In this document: positions 46,016 through 58,690 of the stretch, one piece after another
Position numbering within the stretch: position 1 is the first letter of the stretch
How the letters are laid out: every line of letters begins with the position of its first letter
Source of the DNA: Camelus dromedarius
Taxonomy: Eukaryota
Direction of reading: 5' to 3'
DNA: 64,000 nt
Assembly: GCF_036321535.1 (NCBI RefSeq)
Contig: NC_087438.1
Coordinates: 994,001 to 1,058,000 of the forward strand
Notes under the pieces: model-generated
The model's database searches: none
Told to the model about the DNA's origin: nothing
The model's input: the letters and a program-made list of their open reading frames with translations, nothing else
Position numbers and translations under genes: made by a program

Positions 46016-47862
46016 AAAGTGCTCCAAGGGGCAGGAGGATTCACAGCAGTGAAGATGACAGTTCCAACCAGGCCCATCTTTGAGCCGCATCGCCGTGGGC
46101 GCCGCCTGCCCGCGTCCTGTCCTGAGGCTTCATTTTCAAATGCTGCCAGAAAACGCCTGAGAAAACAGCTTTGCTCCCAGAAGTCCTCGCGGAGAGGATG
46201 GAACCCACCTCCTCTGGCGCCTCTTCACTCTCGTGAGAGGACAAATGAAGATGAAGCTGAGCGCTGTTCAGCAAACGTGGGGTTTCTCCTTCGATTCCCC
46301 GCATTCTGAGGGGAGGTGGCCCTTGCTCTGGTCGCCTGGAGCTTCCACTTGTCACTCAGGGTGATGGGGACACAGCGTGACGTGTTCCCTCCTGCAGAGA
46401 GTGTGGTGGGGCCCCAGGAGGAGCGCCGACTTCGGGGGAGCTGAGAGGCCTCGGTCAGAACACAAGCCAAACTCCTAAAAAGGAAAACACAGCTTGCTGG
46501 GGCTACAACCCCTGCCCTGGCCAGAAATCAGAAATCTCACCCAAACCCCAGACCGAGGCACGAGCAACGGAAACTCTGCAGAGGGAACGGGGCATTGTCT
46601 CAGAATGTGCTCTGCGAGGGGACCAGGGACGGGCCTGCAGAGCCGCCTCCCGCCCTCCCGGCAGGTCTGAATCCCAGTCTGGGCGTCCTGCGGAAATCAG
46701 CCGCTGGGGACGGAAAAACCAAGAAAACGGAGCCAGGGTTCCCTGGCCAGGGCCACGGTGGGCTCCGCATGGGGATGCTTGCTGGCGAGCTGGGCGGTAC
46801 GTTTGTTTTGTAACCAAGGCCTTGAAGACTGAGAGACACGCGGGTCTGCGCACCCGGCCCGGCGAGGAGCAGAGAGGTCGGCCTGCCTGGGTCCCCTGCC
46901 CTTGTCACAGGATGGAGCAGCAGGGTCCCCCTTCTGACAGGTCTGGTCGAACGCCTTGGAGGTGGATAGACTGGTAGTTGACAGGGGGAGAGAGAGAGCT
47001 GTTGCACAGAAGTCAGGGTGGGATCGTGGCCAGGGCGTCAATTTAACGACGCAGACTTCGAAGTTCCCCTGTCGTGAGGCTGAGTTTGCTCCGTGCCCCG
47101 GAGGCGATGGCTTTTTAAAGCCCTGGACGGTGGGTAAGTTCCCAGGAAGTGGGCTGTGGACTGGGCCGCCTGCGGAGACTGGCGCTGGGTCCCAGGGACA
47201 TCCGTCCTCCTCGTCATGAGGAGGATTTACTCCCCCGCTTCCTCGCGGGGCTGGGGGCTGCTGCTCAGCACCCTGGCCGCCGCGGTGGGTGCGTGAGACC
47301 CGGTCTCAGGTTCACAGGAGCTTGGGGGAGGGCAAGGATGCTGACACGGATCCTTCGGGGCAGCTGGGCTTGGAGGGGAAAGGGAACTGACTCATTTCAC
47401 TTCACACATATTTGCATTTTGCAAATTTTACTTGTAATTTTGTGATACAAGAAAATAATGAGGAATTGCTTCCCAGACCCCTTCACCAAAATCACCCCCC
47501 CGACGGCGCCACAGGGCAGCCCTGGCCCCTGTGGTGTGACTGTGTGGGCAGCCCCCTGAGTGCCCCTCCCCGCACCTGCCGCCGGGTGACCACACGCCGT
47601 GCCTCATCTGAGACGGGCTGGCCGGTGTGACTCTTTCCCCAGACTCTCCCTCAAGCCGCCCAGTGTGTCATTGACGTGACGGAAACACATCAGACTCCAG
47701 GTTAACCCCCCGCCCCGTCGTGTGAGGTGACAAGGACTTAGAGCTGGCCCAGGTCAGACCTCATCCTCCAGAGGAACCACCCTGTGGATAACAGAAGGCG
47801 AGCGAGTCTCCGCGGAGGGCAGCAGCCTGGTGGTCAGGGAAGGGTGGGAGCACCGTCTTAGA

Positions 47863-49553
47863 GCGGTGCTGCTCCGGCTGGGGTCCGCAGAGCCGTGGGT
47901 GTCCCAGAGACGTGTTCAGAGGTCCACGCGCTCAGAACATCTTCATAATACTGAGATGTTGCGTCAGTTTCCCGTGATTTCTACGACACATTCCACAGAC
48001 TGGACAGCTTAAAACGACAGATTTATTCTCTCTCAGTCCGGAGGCTCAGAGGGAGAATCTGTTCCGGGCCTGTCTCCAGCTTCCCGCTGGTGGTTCCTGG
48101 GAATCCATGGTGTCCCTTGATTTACGGACACATCACCCTGACCTCTGCCTCCGTCTTCACACGTGTCTCCCTCCCTGTGTCTCAAACTCCCTCTCCTTAT
48201 AAAGAGTCCTTGGCTTTGGGTCTCCTCTTGACTATGTCTGCAAGGATCCTATTTCCAAATAAGGTCACAGCCCCAGGCTCCAGGAGCATGTGACTTCGTG
48301 GGACACTACTCGCTCAGCACAGGTGTTACTTGCTTTCTTCACTGTGCTGACCTCTGCACCAATGGAGCAAGTCAGTGGTGGGTCAAGTCAGTGGTGGGTC
48401 AAGTCATGGGGGGTTAATCACGGTGGGTAACATCACGACACCTTAGCAGGGAAGCAAGCTTTGCTGGAGGGCCTGGCACTCTCCATCTCCCGGCACTCAC
48501 AGTGACAGAGCGCCAGCTCCACTTAGGGTTGGCCCTGATGAGTGTGGTGTCAGCTGTGTTGAATCTTGACCAGTGACTGCATCTTTCTAATAGTCCCTGA
48601 GACAGAATGGGAAGCGTGAAGGCATGGTCGGCTCGAGGCGTGTGACTGAATTGCGAGCTGACCTCCTGGTCTTTTCCAGAAACACCATTTTCACTGGGAA
48701 AAAAACAACGAAAAAGCTAGTTATTTGAACATTTCCTGGAAACCAAATGAAGTAAGTCTGTCACTTCAGGGAGAACAGTGAACAGGGCTTGTTTTCCATG
48801 AAAAGTCTGAGCTTTCCAACCCGCACAAGGGTTTTGGAAAAGCCGTATCGGCCGCGGTGTGCCTGGTACTTGCCGACACTGCCAGACCTTTCTGATGAGA
48901 TCAGCTGACACGTGGAAGATCTGTTTAGCTACACAAACCACTAATTTGCTAATGTCAGTGCAGGTTGTTACAGCCCTGAGCACGGGGAAGAGGCCCATTC
49001 ACACCGCGAGCTTGACCAATGGGTTTTAATGTCACAGCATAACGTTTATTGCTATGGTTTCCGGCTTTATTTTGTGACTAGGCTTTAGGAAATGCTAATT
49101 TGTCAAGGTTTAGCATAATATCAAAGAAGAATAGTCCACATGGTCTGAAATTACTATTAAAATACACCTCTCTCTCCCAGCTGCGTGTCTGTCTGGGGCC
49201 TGGTTTTCTTGGCGTGTTTCACCTAAAACAGCACGTGACGCTGGACCGACTGCGGACGCGCGTGAGAGGTCAGCAGTCGGCTCTCGCCAGACATCAGAGC
49301 GATTGCAAAAACGTCAGGCAACGCACTCTTGTCACCGTGTATCTTGCAAAATTATTTTTAGTAAAAATATGCCATTTGTGCTAACAGGTAATAGTTTTGT
49401 TTTTATTCCTGAATAAATTAGTAAAGATTTTTAAGTGATCGGTTGTAATTTCCAACAGGGCAACTAGCAGTAGACATAACCCAGAGAAACCAAAGCGCCT
49501 TGGGGGCCTCAGGAGTACGTAGGGCTAAAGGGCGGAAGATTTGAGAACTGCTG
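47863..49553 (+). mobile_element. Charlie1-like hAT DNA transposon remnant, interrupted by an MLT1 LTR
   Basis: 5' GAGGTCCACGCGCTCAGAACATCTTCATAATACTGAGA; resumes at TTCACTGTGCTGACCTCTGCACCAATGGAGCAA; ends in the TIR-like TTTGAGAACTGCTG. Confidence 0.75.
47960..48321 (-). mobile_element. MLT1 (MaLR) solo LTR nested in the Charlie1 element
   Basis: TG...CA termini; CTTAAAACGACAGATTTATTCTCTCTCAGTCCGGAGG and CCTATTTCCAAATAAGGTCACA; flanked by the near-identical 5-mers GATGT / GGTGT. Confidence 0.8.
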
Positions 49554-50421
49554 CCGTGAGGACCCGCCTGTGCCCTTCAGGGGTTTCTGTTTGGTCGTCT
49601 GGGAAGAGCCCCCTCCCTCCATCACCCAAGTGGACTGAGGTCTGTGTTGTGTCAGCGGAGGGCCAGGCTGCAGCGAGCGCACACTGTGCGCTGAACAGGA
49701 GACAGGCCTTTCCTGAAACAGAGCGGTGACAACTTGGCACGACCTGCTTTCCTCACCAGAGGACTGACAGTGCCGTCCCCGGAACTCAGGGCGATAGTGA
49801 GGTTTCACTGTGTCTGTAGGAAATGCCTTTTTGCTCCATGAAGCTCTTTAGAAATCGACACATGAAGCTCGTTGATAACGGTCCCATTTGGGACAGAAAA
49901 CAGAAGGACGCCACCCCGGGCGGTGCGTTTACAGATCCGAGGGGCGCGGGCGGGTGCTGTGGTTCTCACGTGGGCCCACGTCTCCGACCGAAGGCGGTCT
50001 GTTAGGTTCCCATCCGTTCTCACTGCTGCACTCAAGGTTAGCAGTGAGCGCTGCACGGGCGTGTTTGATGCAAGTGTTACCGCGATCGAGGCTCCGATGT
50101 CTCCCGCCAGCACTGGGCCGATGGGTCTGGGCCGATGGGTCTGGCCCGAGGGTCTGCATTACTCTGCCTGATGTCCACGCGACACTTACTGTGGACAGTG
50201 TTTCGCTGTAGGACCGATGCAGAGGTGAATGCAGGGAGACTGGCTGAAGTGTGGGGAAGGGCAAACGCTCAGAATCCTCCACGCAGGGCTGGGAAGCCAG
50301 TGTCACCAGCCCCGGCCTTCAGCACCCTGTGTGCATTGCCACGTGCCTTCCTAAGGCTGAGAATTCTCCTTCCCTGCTGGGGTGCGAGCTGAGCCAGTGT
50401 CTTCTCCAGCAAAGGAGCTGG

Positions 50422-50590
50422 TGTATCAGTTATGGATTCCCACCATAATGGTGCATAACAAACACGCCCGAACTCAGCAGCTTGGAGCAACGAGCAGTGA
50501 ATTTGTTTATTAGTGTTTGTCTGCAGCAGGCTGGGCTCTGAGGGCAGCCCCCCGGGCCCTGGCTGGGTCTGGGGCACCCCAGTTGGCTGT
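50422..50590 (-). mobile_element. Old MLT1-type LTR fragment
   Basis: TGTATCAGTTATGG...TGCATAACAAACACGCCCGAACTCAGCAGCTTGGAGCAAC...TTTATTA. Confidence 0.55.
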
Positions 50591-53500
50591 GGCTTAATGT
50601 AGGGTGGTCTCTGTGGCAGACTGAGGGGGACTGGGGGGGACCCAGCCCTGTGATCCTAATGCTGAGGGTTTCCTGCCTGTGTCAGTCTCTGCTCCCTTCC
50701 TGATTAAAGTTCTCCCCCCGGACCAGCAGGCTAGCCAGCTGATTGGCAGGAGGGGGGCTTGGTTTAAATATTTTACTCTAAGGTGGTGTCCAGTCAGGGT
50801 CCAGTGAAACACTGAACCCACCCCAAGTATTCCAGAGGGAGAAACGCAAGGTGAGGAATTGATGACACGGAGGTGGGAGGGCTGAGAAGCTGATGGGGCG
50901 CCTTTCAGCCACCCCAGCAGTCTTGGGGACACAGCCCAGCCCCACCCACCAGCCTGGGCCGGGCTGGGAGAAGCTGGAACTTGGGAAGAAGTGGGGACTG
51001 GGGAAATTATTTGCTCGTCCCTCCCTGACCCCAGTAGGAAAGCGCTGCCAGGCCATCCCGGGGCTGGTGCAGGACAGAGGAGGGGCAGGAGTCTGAGGAC
51101 GGACGGGCCGCTGGGCTGAAGGAGAGCCTGGCCTCCTGGGCCGACGGAGAGCCCGGCCTCCTGGGCCCAAAGGCAAGGGCATTTAATGAGCAGAGCTGCT
51201 CCCCAGTGGCACCCTGGCCTGGGGGTGGGAGCACTGGGCAGGGTGAGGGAGCAGCCCTCGCCTCCCCCGCCCAGTGCCTGGGGGTTCAGAGCCTAGCCCC
51301 CTCTCCCCGTGCGCAGCCCCCTTCTGAAGCGTGCGCCGAGCGGGGCTGACTGCGGAGCCAGCCTCGCAAAGAAGAGCGGGCCCCCCACCTTCGCTTGCAG
51401 CCACGAGGCCGCTTCCTGCAGCCGCCTTCCGCGGAGGGGTCTCGCCCCTGGGAAGCTGTGCCCCCAGAAGACGGCCCCTCGTCCTCCACGACACCCAAAC
51501 GACACCTGCCCCTCTTCTTACTTCTCTGGGTACTTTCTTGGAAACAAGGGACTTTGCAGGAGCATCGCCGTGCCAACTCAGGGAGCCTCATCCCGTCTTC
51601 GGTCCCCGGCCGCGCGGACGTCAATGTCGGCGCTAATGGCCTATTTGCGGTGATGGGGTTTGTTTCAATCAGGCTCAGCCTCTCCCCCAACAGCGGGAGG
51701 CGCCTCATGAGCGGTGTCGCTGATGCTCCCGCTGATTTAGGTCCAGGGCGGCCTGTCGGGCGCCTCCCTCCACACACGCTCTGCGCACTCAGGGTGACGG
51801 ATGGCACCTCTGTTAATAAGTGGAGCTTGTTCTGTGGTCAGAATGGCCGTCGCGCGCCCTGGGGGCGGCCCGACCCGGGAGGGGCTGACTCCGAAAGTTC
51901 GTTTCCCTGCGTCAGTGGTTTGCGCTCGTGTGGACCTGCCAACAGGAGCAGAGCGGCTGAGGGATGGGGGAAGCTGCCTCGGTGACTTCACGTGGAGCCC
52001 ACACGGGAAAGGTTTCCTGGCATAAAACTGACTCCCGGGTCCAGCTGAAGATTCCAGAGCTGCGTCTCCCCTCTGGCCGCTCCGGCAGTGGGTGGGCCCG
52101 CTGCTCCCTCGAGCCACAGGCTCCCTGGTGGGGCCAAGGCCGGCAGGCATGGACCCGGGGGAGCTCTGTGGGGCCGGCAACGCTAACACAGCAGAAGCAG
52201 GTGGCTCTCGAAAAAGGTCAGAGGTGAGACTCTCTGGGGCCTACCCCCCCAGTTGCCCGCTTTCTAGGCCACTCTGACCCCGACCTCCCCAGGGGCCCCC
52301 AGTCTCTGTCTCTCCTCCCTTGGCCTCCCAGCTGCCTTACTCTTGAGATGCCTCCTAAGGGGCCTCGCGGTCCTGGGAAAACACCCTGATGGGTAGGGTG
52401 TAGCCGGCAGACCTTCGGAGGCCTTTGCCTCCCAGCCTGCCCCCCTTCTGATGGAGCAGGTGTGCCCCGTGGTCCACTGTCCCTGCAGCCTGGCTGCGGG
52501 CCCCAGGCCCACCCTGACCGGGCTGCCAGGGACAGACCACACCTCCCTCCGTCCTGGCACTTGATGCTCCTGGTCGCTTCCTTCTAAGGGCGGATCCTCT
52601 GTCAGTGCCGGGCAGAGAGGACCTGCTGTCGGGGGTCCCCTCCTCTGTCCTCACTGCTCAACTCCGAGCAGCAGCCCAGCCGCCTGGGGCCCCTCAGAGG
52701 AGCCGTGTCAGGAAGCAGACTGAAATGTCCGGGTCCCAGAGCCGTCCTGAGCCTGGCCTGCTGCGACTCCGTGGGCAGGCCTCCCTCTGGGCGATGTCAC
52801 CTTGTGCCTCCCACGTCGCTGGGCAGCTGGGATTCCAGCAGGACGTCGGAGGGGTCCCCGTGCTGGTGGTCCTCACTGCGAGGCACCTGCGCCCTGAGGG
52901 TGAAGGCCTCTGTGCTTCCACCAAACAGTATTATCTGAATCACAAAATCAGTGATTTCTATGAAAAGAGAAACACAATCTTCAAAAAGCGATGGTTACAA
53001 AGACTTAAATCCCTAAGGACCAGACAGCACAGGACGAGACTGGCCTCACTAGTTTCGGTTCAGGACGAACCAAGTCCACACCCCCACCCCCTGCCACTCT
53101 GATTCCGTCTTCACACGAGCCTCCCAGTCGCCCTGTGGACGCAGGAGCGCAGACGCTGGAGAAACCACATAGACGGGCCCACGGTCAAGACCGGGCCGTA
53201 GGACACAGCACAGACCCGGGGTCGGTGTGGACACCGCCCGTCACAGCGACGACACATTCAGACCCACAGGCCCAGGGCCGAGTGCCAGGCAGGGCCCAGG
53301 CTGGACCCTTCCTGAGGAAGACCTGCAGGGAGGAGGGCCGGGCCTGCTGTCCCCTGGACCGAGGAGTGGCACCTCCCGATCTCTGCCTAATGACGCCCGT
53401 GGAGCCCAAGGCCCAGGAGGGCCCGGCCCCCCCATCATGGCTGCGCAGGAGGCGGCAGCTGGAGGCCTGGCCGGGCCCTGTCCCTGCCCTCTGCTGGCCG

Positions 53501-53825
53501 GCAGGAGGGTTTCTGGGGGTCTCTGCGTGGGGCCTGGAGGCCAGGCCCTGCTCTGAGGAGGTGACGGGTGTGTCCCCTGGGGCCCATTTGCATGAATCAA
53601 AGCCAGACCCATGGGGAAAGAGAGGCACCCTCGCCGGCGGCCTGTCCTGCCCAGTCCAGACAGAGGCAGCTGTGTTTGGGGCAGTCCCGCTGTGATATCA
53701 GGACGCCCCTCCTGCTGGGAGATGTAGACCCAGGATTCTGGACGCAGGAGTCACGGGTCTACAGCTGTGTCCAGGGTGTGTGAAGGCAGGTGGGGGCTGG
53801 GGCACATTTCCCTCCCTGCAGCTCG

Positions 53826-54440
53826 TGTACCTGAGCTGGACCCTGCAGGGCCTTCCTGGGACAGACCCCCATGTCCTCTGCCTGCCTCTTCTCTGTAGAA
53901 AAACTTTAGCCTCCTAAACCTCCCCAAGTTCCAAAGAATAAATGTAATCAGCGAAGTGAGAAAACACAGGAAAAAAACAGTCAAGCAAGACAAACTAGTC
54001 ATAGTTCAGCCGCTAAACAAAGTCAAGGACTCTCAGCTCCTCCTCAAGGGCTGTGGGCAATGCTCCGAGCCTCGTCCTTTGAGCTGTTCTGCAGACACCG
54101 AGGCCCCCACCTGGGGGAAGAGGCTGACTGCGTGCTGCCCCCTGCCCGTGGACCCAGATCAGCTGGAACCAGAAGGGGGATGATGCCGACGCCCGGTGAC
54201 CTCCCCACCGACCACTCAGAACAGCGTCCACGAGCTGACCACGCCCCCCACAGCCCCTCCCGCCCCCGTCTTTAAACCCTCCCCTGAGAGCGGTGGGGAG
54301 TTCAGGCCCTTTGAGCTCCAGCTGCCTGGACCTCTTGCTGGACACCTGCAATAAATGCTGCACTTCCCCTCACCACCACCTGGGGGCAGTAGGTGGGTGT
54401 CACTGCGCAGGCGAGTGGACCCAAGTTTGGCTCAGTGACA
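53826..54440 (+). mobile_element. ERV (probably class I) solo LTR, about 615 bp
   Basis: TG start and CA end; TATA-like TTTAAA 54271-54276; AATAAA 54350-54355; U5-like end GCGAGTGGACCCAAGTTTGGCTCAGTGACA. No internal ERV sequence adjacent. Confidence 0.75.
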
Positions 54441-54721
54441 CCGGGGGCTGTGCAGGTGGGCGTGAAACTCCCCCACATGACCGAGAAGCCTGCGGTGGGG
54501 CAGTTGTGAGGACCCATGTATGTTTGAGGCCCACAGAGGGCCTCTCCTTCAAGGTCGTGTGTCCCTTAATCACGTGGGCTGATGGGGCCTTCACCCGTCT
54601 CCGGGGTGGCCGTGCAGCCTGAGCGAGGCCCTGGTCTCTTCACGGAGCTGGTGCGCCGGACGGGGGCAGCTGGTGTCATCTGGGTTCCACTTTGGTCTCA
54701 TCTGGGTTCCACTTTGGTCTC

Positions 54722-55088
54722 TGTTGTGGCTGAACTGTGTCCCCCAAAGTCACATGTTGGTGTCCCAACTCCCAGAAGCTCAGGAAGGGACTGTGTTTGG
54801 AGACCAGCTCTCCAGATTAAGCTAAAATGAGCTCTTCGGGGTGGGCCCTAACCCCACAGGCCTGGGGTCCCTGTAAGAAGGGGAGATGTGGATGCAGACG
54901 GGCACAGAGGGCCGCGCTCGTGAGGACACGGGGCGGAGGCAGCCGTCTGCACTCCCAGGAGAGGGGCCTCGGAGCAAGCCCTGCGGACACCTGCGTCTCG
55001 GACTTGCGGCCCTAAGGACTGGAGACACGAACGTCTGTGGTTGGAGCCGCCCTGTCTGCGGGGTCGTTAGCCCCCAGCTGCTGAGACA
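54722..55088 (+). mobile_element. MLT1A/B-like MaLR solo LTR
   Basis: TGTTGTGGCTGAACTGTGTCCCCCAAAGTCACATGTTG...GGGTGGGCCCTAACCCCAC...TAAGAAGGGGAGA...CTGAGACA. Confidence 0.8.
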
Positions 55089-58000
55089 GCCCTCAGCGTG
55101 TCCAGGCCCCACCTTCCAGGTGGCTTTCTGCCTCCACCGAGAGGCTGGTGCTAAGGGGACGGTAGGGAGGGAGTGACAGGGGTCCTGCTGGCACCTCAGG
55201 TCCCTCAGCTTGGTCTCCAGGGGCTCGGGGACCCTCTCAGCCCCGCCAGCCCCTCCTCCTGTGTCAGCCTGGCAGCCACACCTCAGGGTCACTTTTCTCC
55301 AAGTCAGTGTTGACCAGGGGACACACAGCCACCCCACCGCACCGTCGGCCTCCCAGCGCTCGGCAAGCAGGGGAGGGGCCAGCCACCCGCCGGGCCTGCG
55401 CACAGGGGGCTCCCTGTTTGGAGCTGGAAGGCCTCGCGCGCCTGCCGCAAGCAGTCCACTCGCGGCCGGGCCACCGCGGGAGTTCTCCCCCCGGCGCCTG
55501 TGAGAGGCAGCCCGGCAGCTCACGGGAGCCGAGGGCCCGCGGCCTGCCCCCAAGGAGCGCCCCACGGGCCGAGCTCCTGGCGCTGTTTCCGTGGGAGGGA
55601 GGCTCTGGGGAGGAAGCCAAGGCCCCCAGATCTGCCCGGCGTCTCGGGCCAGACTCACCAGGGCCGTGTCCCTCCGGCTGTGGTCAGAAGGCCTCCTTGG
55701 AGGTGAGGAGGATGCTGGGGCCCTGGGGCTCGCTGCCTGGGGGAGCCCAGGGCCTCGGGGGCCTAGAGGCCCCAGGGCTGCCCGCGTAGGACTGATGACG
55801 GGGCCGCTGTCCAGGCCCTCCTAGCGTGGGGGGGTCCCAGGGCTCAAGGGCCCTCAGGGGTCCAGGCCCACCTGCGCTCCCGGCATACAGGTGAGCCCCC
55901 TCTGACCACCAGACACCAGCAGCTGGAGACCCGAGGGGGGCTGGCGCGTGAAAGGGTGGCAGCCTGGCAGCCCTGGCCTGTCCCTCCACCTTGGGGGGTG
56001 ACAGCACCCCGACCCTGGCAGCCCCAGCCCACGGCTCCCCACGCCTCTCTGGAGCCAGAGCCCCAGGGGCCCCCAGCACGTCTTAGCCTCCGACAGCCCT
56101 CTCCACTGTCCTCTGGTGGGTGGGGGGGGGGGGACAGGGGCGGGGGCAGTGGGGAGGGGCTGGCGGAGGCAGACATCCGAGCATGTCCTGGGACCTGGGC
56201 TGCGAGGTGGCTCAGGGAAGTGGGTCCCGTCCTGCAGCCGGGCTGAGAGCACCGGTCTCCCGCAGGCCCTTCCCCGCCTCGCCTGGCGGCCGGGCCCAAC
56301 TTGCCCTGGACCAGGTGGTGGTGGACTTGCCACACGCGGGTCCCCGTGGGGTCAGGAGGCTTTCCTGGCTGAGCCCTGCCGCCGCTCCCGCCTTCAGGTT
56401 CCATGCATCTCCCTAAGGAGCCAAGGCCAAGCCGGGCCCTCCTGAGCCCGCCTGACACGGCCCACGGGAGAAAGGGAGGCAGGCGGGGAGTAGCTGGGGG
56501 GCCCAGGGACCCTCGAGCAGGTGCCTGGAGCCTTAGCAAGTTGAGGAGATGACTGCGGGCAGGAGGGGGACACGTAAGCACCTCCGTGTTGTGGGGCCGC
56601 CTGTCCACGCGGGCCCCGGGTCCCAGGGCCGCGCTCCTGCGCTGGCTGGGAGCCCAGGCGCGTGAGCCTCTTGGGCCGCTGCCTGCTGCCCCCCGCCTGG
56701 CCGTCCTCCTCGGGCTCCTGTCTCCCCCCCGTCGCCCACCGCCGCCCCAGCCCCAGCACGCAGCGCAGCCTCGAGTCCCACGCCGCACACAGAGCACGGC
56801 TCTCCCTCCTCCAGGCAGGTGGCAGGGGTTCCTCCGCCCGTGCCTGGTGTGACAGCGCCGGGTCACAGACACTGACTTGTCCCCCAGCCATCACTGGGAA
56901 TTAAAATGAACGGTCGTCCTGACACGAGGGGAGACGGGCCTCAGACGCCCGACGGGTCCCACTCGCAGCAGGAAACCTGCAATCAAATTCTAACAAAAGG
57001 TCACATTTGCAATAAGTAAAGAGGAAACACTGGTAATTGGTTCTGGAGCCCGTTAATACCTCTGCAGCCTCTGAGAGGCAACCTGATGGACTTGAAACCC
57101 TTTTGTTCAGGTAATTAAAAATGAGATTTCATTATATCATTAAAAATGAGGGCACGCGAGCTGTTTTCTCTGCTGTGTGATGTTGTCGCAGGGGGAGTGT
57201 GTACCCAGGCAGGCCTGGCCCTCGTTGCGGGCATAAATGGAGCTCTCAGGTCCCCAGAACCCCCCACCTGCTCGGATGGAGGCGGCAGTCAGGAGGCTGG
57301 GGGGCACCACAGGGCCCAGGGGTGTTGGGGGGCCGGGGGAGAAAGGGCGGACTCAGGCTCTAAACCGGTCCTGCGCTGCCTCGTTTCCTACACGAGAGAT
57401 CATCCGTGGACTCGATTATAAGGCAAGTGGAGGAGACTCAGGGTCCGACTCCTGGGGCCCCGGCCGTCCTCCCACGGGCAAGGGTGGTGCACGGCTGTGG
57501 CGGCCCCAGACACAGGGCGGTGGTGTGAGGGGGCAGTTTGAGGATCAGGGTGCTGGCCTGGCCACGTCCCCAGGACTAAAAGGTGATGCCCCACCTCTCC
57601 ACCCTCACGACGGCCCCCCGGAAAATCAGATGAAACCTCTGTATCATGAAATCTCACCACGTATAGAAACCGGGGTGAGAAATCACATCTAAAAAGAAAG
57701 ACACGTTTTGTGAGTCCTGTTTGTTGGTGTGATTGTTTCTTTTATTTCAATCCCAATGGTGAAATATTTGCGGGCACTTTTCTTTTTCCCTTTTCCAGTT
57801 TTATCAGGCAGAACTATTACCGTCCGACCGCACGTGCACATCACACTGCATGTAAACACACGTGCACGGTACATACATGAAGGAAGCGGGCACTTTGTTC
57901 AAACTGTGATGTGGCGGCTTCGCAGACGACAAGCAGAGTCTCAGCCGCGTGGGAACTGCTGTTCAGAATTCAGCGTCCCTTCAACGTCCCCACAGTGCGC

Positions 58001-58204
58001 TGGCTGCCGCGTGCAGACCCGCCATGTGCCGCCCCTTGGTGCCTCGACGGCCTCTGTCCCCTGAGGACCTGGCCACACGAGGTCCTGCCCACTTCTTGGT
58101 GCCCAGGATTGGGGCCCCTCGTCAACCCTCCTGCAAACCCAATTGTCATCTTTTGATGAAACAGTTTTTGTTACTTAACAGAAGAAAAATCATAATATTC
58201 CAGA

Positions 58205-58690
58205 TCTTTCTTTCTCTTTTTTCAGTTGAGGTGCAGCCAGTTTGCGGTGTCGTGCCAGCCTCTGGGGCACGGCACGGTGCTTCGGCCAGACGTGAACAGA
58301 CCTGTACTTGCTTTCATGCTCTTTTCCACTGTACTCCCTACAAGGGGTTGAATACAGTCCCCTGAGCTGCACAGTAGGGCCTTGCTGTTTATCTAGTTTA
58401 TACACAGCAGCGTGTGTCTGTAAATCTTGGACTCCCGGCTCATCCCTTCCCACCCCTTCCCCCTTGGTAACCATGTCTGTCCTACTCTGTGTCTGTGAGT
58501 CTGCTTCTGTTTTGTGAGTAAGTTCATTTGTGTCATTTTTTAAGATTCCGCATGTACGTGATGTCGTGTGGCGTCTGTCTTCCTCTGTCTGGTTTACGTT
58601 ACTGAGTGTGACCGCCGCCAGGTCCGTCCATGCTGCTGCAGATGGCATTATTTCATCCTTCATGGCTGAGTAGTGTATTCTCTTGGTAAA
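58205..58690 (-). mobile_element. LINE-1 3' end (cetartiodactyl-type), strongly GC-shifted
   Basis: The reverse strand reads HYSAMKDEIMPSAAAWTDL (ORF2 end) and then 3' UTR to an A-rich tail; it aligns without gaps to 6823-6910 of the other L1. Confidence 0.9.

Noticed and set aside
55844..56872. 342-aa minus-strand ORF and neighbouring 278-aa ORF (54822-55658)
   Set aside because: GC-rich artefacts; the 278-aa ORF runs through an MLT1 LTR; no recognisable homology.
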